NCBI GenBank assembly: GCA_044507735.1
Contig: JBIQJB010000024.1
Location: 1 to 32,109, forward strand
Origin: Nitrosopumilales archaeon
GTDB taxonomy: Archaea; Thermoproteota; Nitrososphaeria; Nitrososphaerales; Nitrososphaeraceae
Length of the DNA: 32,109 nucleotides
Direction: 5' to 3'
Part shown: piece after piece, positions 26,596 to 32,109 of the stretch
How positions within the stretch are numbered: position 1 is the first letter of the stretch
Layout of the letters: each line of letters begins with the position of its first letter
The notes under the pieces: generated by a model
Database searches by the model: none
Seen by the model: the letters and a program-made list of their open reading frames with translations, nothing else
What the model was told of the DNA's origin: nothing
Program-made: the position numbers and the translations under genes

Positions 26596-27513
26596 TCAGG
26601 TCATGTATAGCTTTTTTGCTGTCACTACTGCCGGGATGATGAACAACAAAGTAGCCAATCCATAAGATAACCCAGCGGTTCCACTAATGAACACTGAATC
26701 GAAGATTATTATAGAGACTATCATGTTTCTTATCGCTTTTTGGACAGCCTGCGATGTGTCTTTTCCTCTGACATATTGCCTGAAGGTGATCGATATGACG
26801 GCGGCAAATATCGTCAAACTGACCAGAAACTCCCACTTCAGGGCAAGCAACAACCCAATCGCGGCTATGCCAGCAACAAGAACAAAGATCATGTAGAATG
26901 GGAGCATGCCGGGCTTTTCTCCTCCAACCTCCTTCTTGCTAAGCAGCGATATTGCGACGACATACACAAACAAAGATGCAGCTGCAAAGATGGCCGTTTC
27001 TGATTTCAGCGGGACACCGCCAACCAATGCAGCAGATATCGCGGGACTTGCACCCAAGATCACATTGAGAAACCGGGTTCCACCCATTGCGAAGGGACCG
27101 GCAGTAGTAGCACGTTTCAACCGGTAGTCATATGCAATAATCGCGGCAGTCAAGGCAAGGCTCACAGCAAGGGCAATAGGACCAATGGTCGTTAGAACTA
27201 TTGTGTTGGCAGCAATCATTGCGATCAGGGCTATGACCACTGCATGTTTACCAGGAACCCTTCCTGAAGGCAGAGGACGAGAGGGGCGCTCCTTTCTGTC
27301 CGTCTCGATATCAAAGTAGTCGTTCAGAGCAATGCCGGCGATGTATAACAACCCCGAAGAGACCATTAATGATATGAGATGCAGACCATTTGCCTCTGCC
27401 AGTGGCGTAGTCGCAAAATAGCCAGCCAGTATGTTGGAGGGCGTCGTGAATACATTTGGCAGCCTGATCAAGAGCAGGTACTGATGCAGGCGCGAACTTA
27501 CATGATCTTGCAA
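26596..27513 (-). CDS. eboC: EboC-like UbiA family prenyltransferase
   Basis: IRLPNVFT, NDYFDIETDRKERPSRPLPSGRV (Asp-rich motif), YD..LK, MGGTRFLNVILG and multiple TM helices. Confidence 0.88.
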   Translation of the reverse strand: MQDHVSSRLHQYLLLIRLPNVFTTPSNILAGYFATTPLAEANGLHLISLMVSSGLLYIAGIALNDYFDIETDRKERPSRPLPSGRVPGKHAVVIALIAMIAANTIVLTTIGPIALAVSLALTAAIIAYDYRLKRATTAGPFAMGGTRFLNVILGASPAISAALVGGVPLKSETAIFAAASLFVYVVAISLLSKKEVGGEKPGMLPFYMIFVLVAGIAAIGLLLALKWEFLVSLTIFAAVISITFRQYVRGKDTSQAVQKAIRNMIVSIIIFDSVFISGTAGLSYGLATLLFIIPAVVTAKKLYMT

Positions 27514-28343
27514 AGATAGTCGTATGCCTCCCTGGCCGCTTGGACAGGGTTATCTTGGTAGGGATAGAGCTCGACCGTCACAAACCCATCATATCCAATA
27601 TCGTCCATGGCATCAAATATTGGCCTGAAATCAATTGAACCCATACCCGGAATCAGATGGTTATGTACCCTGTTGCTTGCAATGTCGGCAAGATGAAAGT
27701 GCGAGATATAGCCTGACAGCTCGCATACAAGCTTGGCAGGCTCTTCATTTACGCAGTAGAAATGCCCGATGTCAAAGTTGAGCCCTATATGAGTAGAATC
27801 AATTTTTTCCATAAAGCGCATGAACTGGCGTGAGTTTTCGATTAGAAGGCCAGGTTCGGGCTCGACTAGCAGCTTAACATCTTGCTCCTCCGCAACATCT
27901 GCAGCTCTCGCAAGGCCTGTCAAGAATATTTCGAGCTTGTGAGGGTCTAAATCGTCTAAAGGCACCATCACAGGTCCTCCAGGCTCTGTTGAGAGGTGCT
28001 TTGCACCAAGCTCTTTGGCAAGCTGTATGCAGTCGATTGTGTGCCGTATGCGCAAGTCGCGAGCGTGTGCGTCGTCCTCTATCCAAGAAGGGTGGTAAAC
28101 GTCTCCTAGAGCATACAATGTAAATGCATTGAGATTTGAAATCTGTAATCCGCATGATTCAAGAGTGTTCCTAAGTGATTTGATCTGTCCGTTTCCAAAA
28201 TTTGGCGGATACGCGTGTGGCACATCACACAGGATCTCGGCTGCGCTGTAGCCTATCTTTGCAATCTCGCGCACCGAGTCTTCCAGCGAATACCGCTTGA
28301 ATGCATTTGTGCTGAATGCGAGTTGTTGCTTCCCCAACGTCAT
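27498..28343 (-). CDS. Sugar phosphate isomerase/epimerase TIM barrel (ebo-cluster associated)
   Basis: AFSTNAF, VEPEPG, LNFDIGH, HFHLAD..RVHNHLIPG.G.IDF and GYDGFVTVELY; ATGA overlap with the eboB stop. Confidence 0.87.
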   Translation of the reverse strand: MTLGKQQLAFSTNAFKRYSLEDSVREIAKIGYSAAEILCDVPHAYPPNFGNGQIKSLRNTLESCGLQISNLNAFTLYALGDVYHPSWIEDDAHARDLRIRHTIDCIQLAKELGAKHLSTEPGGPVMVPLDDLDPHKLEIFLTGLARAADVAEEQDVKLLVEPEPGLLIENSRQFMRFMEKIDSTHIGLNFDIGHFYCVNEEPAKLVCELSGYISHFHLADIASNRVHNHLIPGMGSIDFRPIFDAMDDIGYDGFVTVELYPYQDNPVQAAREAYDYLCKIM

Positions 28344-29152
28344 GGCTTCCAAGTAAACTTTGGAGACTGCCTGAAGAATTCATATGCATTGTAGAACGTC
28401 ACTCGCTCGATCTCATTGGTGCTGAACCCGGCCTTCCTCATCTCTCTTGCCACAAGTGGTACGCTTAGCGGATCAGACGGACCCCAGTCAGCTGCGCTAT
28501 GCACCATTATCCTTTCGGTGCCATATTTCCGGATAATGTTCATGGCCCGCTCGGGCGATAGCTTTGAAACAGGATAGACAGAGAGTCCTGCCCACATGCC
28601 AAGCTCAAGCGTCTTCTCTATGGTTTCTTCCACGTTGTGATCCACCAGTATCTTCCTCCGATTGTATCGCCTGCCCTTTTCGCTGTTCAAAATCGCTTCC
28701 ATCCTTTCCATCCCTGCTGGCTTGTTGTTATGCGGCAGATGGACTGTCATGAGCATGTCCCTTTCCAGTGCAATGTCCATCTGTTTTACCATGACCTCTT
28801 CTTCCAGATCATTTATCAGGTTGAAACCGATCTCTCCTACTGCGACGACCCTTTCTCTATCAAGATACTTTTTCATTGCTTCTATAGCATCTAGCGCAAG
28901 CGGGCGCTCTGTGGCTTCCTTTGGGTTTACCGAGATGCATACAAAATGCTCAATCCCGTAGTCCTTTGCCCTCTTTGTCTCAAAAGTTATCATGTGCTCC
29001 CAGTAGTCCTCAAACGTGGCGACGGCGGTGCGCGGACTGCCCAACCAAAATGAGGGCTGCACCACGACTTCTATTCCAGCCTTGGACATTGCATCATAAT
29101 CGTCCGTTGTCCGGGAATACATGTGGATATGTGGTTCAAATAGCCTTGTCAT
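28340..29152 (-). CDS. eboB: EboB-like TatD family metallohydrolase
   Basis: FEPHIHMYSRTTDDYDAM, PSFWLGSPR, NPKEA, VGEIG, VHLPH, VDHN and SAADWGPSDPL; start moved to ATG 29152. Confidence 0.88.
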   Translation of the reverse strand: MTRLFEPHIHMYSRTTDDYDAMSKAGIEVVVQPSFWLGSPRTAVATFEDYWEHMITFETKRAKDYGIEHFVCISVNPKEATERPLALDAIEAMKKYLDRERVVAVGEIGFNLINDLEEEVMVKQMDIALERDMLMTVHLPHNNKPAGMERMEAILNSEKGRRYNRRKILVDHNVEETIEKTLELGMWAGLSVYPVSKLSPERAMNIIRKYGTERIMVHSAADWGPSDPLSVPLVAREMRKAGFSTNEIERVTFYNAYEFFRQSPKFTWKP

Positions 29153-29266
29153 GCACGATGATAAACTAGTTGTAACTCTTTTTAGGTTGTAGAACAAACA
29201 CCATTGAACAAACTTACAGAAGGGCAGCGGGACTCCCTTATTATTATTATAGATAAAAGACGTATC

Positions 29267-30340
29267 GTGCTTGCAGCGGTATTCCATGGTCCAAACAACA
29301 TAGCAGTTAGCGAAGTTCCCATGGTCGCCACTACCAACAATAACAACAATCATCATGCGATTCTAAAGGTGAATGCTTGCGCGGTGTGTGGGTATGATGC
29401 TCGAGTTTTTAGAAACGGCCACAGGAAGGTCAGGCCTCCTGTGATTCTGGGGCATGAGCTCTGCGGCGAGATTCAGAAGACTGTCAGGACGCAAGATGGC
29501 ACCACAATAAGTGCAGGCACAAGAGTGGCAATATGCCCACTGATCCCATGCCTCAGCTGTCACTACTGCCGCAATGGACACTATAATCTATGTACAGAGC
29601 TAAATGAGATCGGCTCAAGCCTCGACGGTGGCTTTGCACAGTATGTCAGCATACCCGACCAGATAATTAAGATCGGAGGACTCGTGCCGGTGCCGGACAG
29701 CCTGAGCGACGAGGAAGCCGCACTGCTTGAACCCCTGGCTTGCTGCCTTAACGGCCTGTCGCGGACAGGACTGCCTGCAAAGGAAACACCAGTGGTCATA
29801 ATAGGCGACGGTCCGATTGGGCTCTTGCACCTGCAGCTGTTCAAAAGGGTGGCGGGTGCCAAGGTGGCAATCGTAGGCAGGGTTCCAGCAAGGCTGCAGA
29901 AGGCAAGCGCAATGGGCGCCGATTCAGTGTTTGTCTCCCGCCAGGAATCCGGCCGCGAGGATGCAATTCTTCACGACATAATCGATTTCACGGGCAGGGA
30001 TGGCGCGGGTATTACAGTAGTGGCGACGAGCAACCCTTCGGCGTTTGAGCTTGCAACAAAGGTTGCGGGCAAGAATTCTGTGATTAACTTGTTTGCAGGC
30101 ATGCAAGGGGATCAAGAGTTTTCGCTCGACCCCAACTGGTTGCACTATAACCAGATCTCTGTCACCGGCACTTTCAGCTCCAACCCCTCCATGCTTCAAG
30201 ACGCGGCCAGAATCGCAGCAGAAAGAACGGTAGACCTGGCAGAGATCGTAACGCACAGGTACGCTCTCGAAGAAATCGAAAAGGCCATGCAGGCGACAGA
30301 GAAATACTATGGTTTGAGAGCAGTAATAAACAGGTTCTGA
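29267..30340 (+). CDS. Zinc-dependent polyol/alcohol dehydrogenase (MDR, sorbitol/threonine DH-like)
   Basis: CAVCGYD, ILGHELCG, structural Zn C-x2-C-x2-C-x7-C, GGFAQY, LLEPLACC and IIGDGPIG; GTG 29267 preferred. Confidence 0.9.
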   Translation: MLAAVFHGPNNIAVSEVPMVATTNNNNNHHAILKVNACAVCGYDARVFRNGHRKVRPPVILGHELCGEIQKTVRTQDGTTISAGTRVAICPLIPCLSCHYCRNGHYNLCTELNEIGSSLDGGFAQYVSIPDQIIKIGGLVPVPDSLSDEEAALLEPLACCLNGLSRTGLPAKETPVVIIGDGPIGLLHLQLFKRVAGAKVAIVGRVPARLQKASAMGADSVFVSRQESGREDAILHDIIDFTGRDGAGITVVATSNPSAFELATKVAGKNSVINLFAGMQGDQEFSLDPNWLHYNQISVTGTFSSNPSMLQDAARIAAERTVDLAEIVTHRYALEEIEKAMQATEKYYGLRAVINRF

Positions 30341-30380
30341 TAAAGAAGACTATTATAGCATTGCTGGCAACCAATCAGCA

Positions 30381-30560
30381 ATGGGCTTTATCAAGAAGCT
30401 AAAGGAGACTGCGGAAAAGGGAGCAGAAAAAGCTGCGGAACTTGGCAAGCAGGGCATCGAGAAGGGCGCGGAACTTGGAACCAAGGGAGTTATCGAGGCC
30501 AAAGATGCGGCCAAGAGAGGATATGACAAGGCAAAGCAGGATCTAGAAGAGCACGATTAG
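30381..30560 (+). CDS. LEA-like 11-mer repeat microprotein (59 aa), not in ORF track
   Basis: MGFIKKLKETAEKGAEKAAELGKQGIEKGAELGTKGVIEAKDAAKRGYDKAKQDLEEHD*; TATA-like TATTATAG at 30351-30358. Confidence 0.75.
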   Translation: MGFIKKLKETAEKGAEKAAELGKQGIEKGAELGTKGVIEAKDAAKRGYDKAKQDLEEHD

Positions 30561-30567
30561 AGTCGAA

Positions 30568-30641
30568 TGGGCCGTAAGGGATTTGAACCCTCGACCTTTC
30601 GATTATCAGTCGAACGCTCCACCAAGCTGAGCTAACGGCCC
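30568..30641 (-). tRNA. tRNA-Ile (GAT)
   Basis: Reverse complement GGGCCGTTAGCTCAGCTTGGTGGAGCGTTCGACT-GAT-AATCGAAAGGTCGAGGGTTCAAATCCCTTACGGCCCA folds as a cloverleaf; no intron; TTAAATAA about 25 nt upstream. Confidence 0.96.
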
Positions 30642-31245
30642 GTTCAATTCAAAATTGATAGCGTTATTTAAGCGTGTGCACAGGCAGGGTTTCGACTCCC
30701 ATGTCCCACAGTAGTCCCAGTCCAAAAAATAGGGTTCTTCCCCGCCACTTTTCGATCCCCTGTCCATCGCGACTGGATGTGAGCATCCTCCGATTTGCGC
30801 CCAAAAGATCACTGCGGCTTTACGCGAGCCTCTGACCTAACCTAGCAGCAGAGATTCAAGAATCCAGTAGGCCGCGTTCCCTATTCGTTGTTCAAACATC
30901 TGACAACATAGCTGCATGATGGCCCCTGATTGTATTCGTACAATATTTGGGAGCTCTTGCTTTCACCTCTTATGCCAGAGTGGCGGCAGTGGATTTTCTG
31001 ACTCTGCCCTTCGAACATATCGCGGGTCAACTCTTTCTCCAAAAAGTCATTCGCCATCTGCCTTAACGTTTCTATGAGTTGCAGTAATTGCTTGACCGAA
31101 CACGGCTGCTTGACTCTCTTTCTGTTGCCAACAATAAGAAAATCAGACTACAAGTGCCCAATGAAGCAGATGAGCCGACAATCTGAGAGAATCAGCAGAC
31201 CAGTACACTTTTAACCCTATTGCTCAAAAATAGCTCTGATCTAAA

Positions 31246-31554
31246 ATAGGCAAGAAAAAGGTACTTTCTGAGTCGGAGTTGAAGGAAATGGTCCTGCCTC
31301 AAGAGGGCGAGCTGCTGGGCCGCGTCATCAAGCTGGTCGGCGGCGACAACATAATTGTAAAGTGCACTGACGGCAAGGTAAGGACCTGCCGGATCAGAGG
31401 AAAGATAAAGAGAAGGATGTGGATAAGGGACGGCGATTTGGTCCTTGTTGCGCCTTGGGACTTTCAGTCAGACAGAGCTGATATCATCTGGCGATACATT
31501 TCTGCCCACGCTGAGAAGATGAAGGCAGACGGGCTGCTGCAAGGCCTCGACTAG
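31246..31554 (+). CDS. eif1A: Translation initiation factor aIF-1A, apparent ATA start
   Basis: GELLGRVIKLVGG...CRIRGKIKRRMWIRDGDLVLVAPWDFQ..RADIIWRY. The frame extends upstream as ATA-GKKKVLSESELKEM, bounded by an in-frame TGA at 31237. Confidence 0.92.
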   Translation: MGKKKVLSESELKEMVLPQEGELLGRVIKLVGGDNIIVKCTDGKVRTCRIRGKIKRRMWIRDGDLVLVAPWDFQSDRADIIWRYISAHAEKMKADGLLQGLD

Positions 31555-31627
31555 GCTGATTGGTTTTTCCTACAGTTAAAGGGTAACGCAAATATCCATA
31601 TAGAGCTGTCTGCAACCACACACACGC

Positions 31628-31786
31628 TTGGTCAGGATAGCAAAGAGGCTTGTACGCTACAATATCGCGGAAGGCAAGTCTTCTGAAGTCAGAAGGCGCA
31701 TGCAGTACTCCTGCGAAAAATGCGGCAAGAGGTTTGACGCTTGGAAACACCTGCGCCAGCACAAGGTTGAAAGTCATTCTTATTGA
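31628..31786 (+). CDS. C2H2 zinc-finger microprotein, not in ORF track
   Basis: (M)VRIAKRLVRYNIAEGKSSEVRRRMQYSCEKCGKRFDAWKHLRQHKVESHSY* matches Y-x-C-x2-C-x3-F-x5-L-x2-H-x4-H; start TTG 31628 or ATG 31700. Confidence 0.75.
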   Translation: MVRIAKRLVRYNIAEGKSSEVRRRMQYSCEKCGKRFDAWKHLRQHKVESHSY

Positions 31787-31821
31787 ACATTTAAATTGTC
31801 AACAAATGGGCTAAAGTTTGT

Positions 31822-31898
31822 GGGCCGGTAGTTTAGTCCGGTAGAATACCTGCCTTGCACGTAGGTGGTCGTGGGTTCAAATCCCACCCGGTCCACCA
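31822..31898 (+). tRNA. tRNA-Ala (TGC)
   Basis: GGGCCGGTAGTTTAGTCCGGTAGAATACCTGCCT-TGC-ACGTAGGTGGTCGTGGGTTCAAATCCCACCCGGTCCACCA; G3:U70 Ala identity pair; CCA encoded. Confidence 0.96.
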
Positions 31899-32044
31899 TC
31901 TTACTTTGTCCAAAGGAGCAGAATCCTTGCTCTTTTAGGGCAAACAAGCACGAATAACCGACATCCGTTTTTTGCGGCAACGCACAATACAGACCGCCGT
32001 TCGAACTCCATTTTCCGCCTTAAGTACCTAGGAGGGTCTAGTGT

Positions 32045-32109
32045 ATGATGGCTGTACATGGCAAAGACTATTGTGTAAAAGCCGTACTGACAGCTTTGGC
32101 AGACGGCAG
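32045..32109 (+). CDS. Possible N-terminus of a gene running off the right edge (perhaps an ArsR-like HTH)
   Basis: MMAVHGKDYCVKAVLTALADG... is open to the edge, with CTTAAGTA about 20-25 nt upstream; too short to assign. Confidence 0.3.
   Translation, partial: MMAVHGKDYCVKAVLTALADG

Noticed and set aside
29153-29356. 68-aa N-terminal extension of the TatD/EboB ORF
   Set aside because: Crosses the divergent promoter region and the dehydrogenase start; family motifs begin right after ATG 29152
29329-29356. AAC/AAT-rich run encoding TTNNNNNHH in the dehydrogenase
   Set aside because: Short, imperfect, in-frame low-complexity loop insert; no sign of phase variation
30687-30700. GGGTTTCGACTCCC, resembling a tRNA T-arm or att-site remnant
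   Set aside because: No cloverleaf, no match to the 3' ends of the two tRNAs here, and no integrase nearby
30606-31980. Minus-strand ORFs 30606-30812, 31484-31777 and 31780-31980
   Set aside because: They overlap tRNA-Ile, the zinc-finger/aIF1A genes and tRNA-Ala respectively; most likely spurious
1-32109. CRISPR arrays, transposases, integrases, rRNA, inteins and tRNA introns
   Set aside because: None seen by eye: no regularly spaced repeats, no recombinase motifs, and both tRNAs are uninterrupted

Overview
Archaeal chromosomal window, most likely from a soil ammonia-oxidising Nitrososphaeraceae (Thaumarchaeota) genome. This is inferred from the LysW-type arg/lys operon, topoisomerase VI, aIF1A, MEDS, PEF-CTERM and dodecin genes, and TATA promoters. 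From left to right it holds: a truncated GrsA/B-like B12 radical-SAM gene missing from the ORF track; a class-2-type pyrD; cupin and SemiSWEET genes; a divergent top6B-top6A pair; MEDS, PRC-barrel-like repeat and M48 genes; a PEF-CTERM surface protein; tyrS; an MFS transporter; and argG-lysW-lysX-lysY-lysZ-lysJ-lysM with a divergent HTH-ACT regulator. The right end has dodecin, an ebo-like cluster (eboB, TIM barrel, eboC, eboF, second TIM barrel, divergent Zn dehydrogenase), a LEA-like microprotein, tRNA-Ile(GAT), aIF1A, a C2H2 zinc-finger microprotein and tRNA-Ala(TGC). Best leads: (1) an archaeal ebo-type prenyl-cyclitol cluster lacking eboA/eboD; (2) a duplicated ~60-bp promoter/operator (GGTCA-N4-TGACC arrays) at argG and lysY, with a candidate ACT-domain regulator and a coupled 12-codon uORF; (3) a LysW carrier ending EDWGQ instead of EDWGE; (4) an apparent ATA start on aIF1A. 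No CRISPR, rRNA or mobile element was seen. Family assignments come from motif recognition, not database searches.
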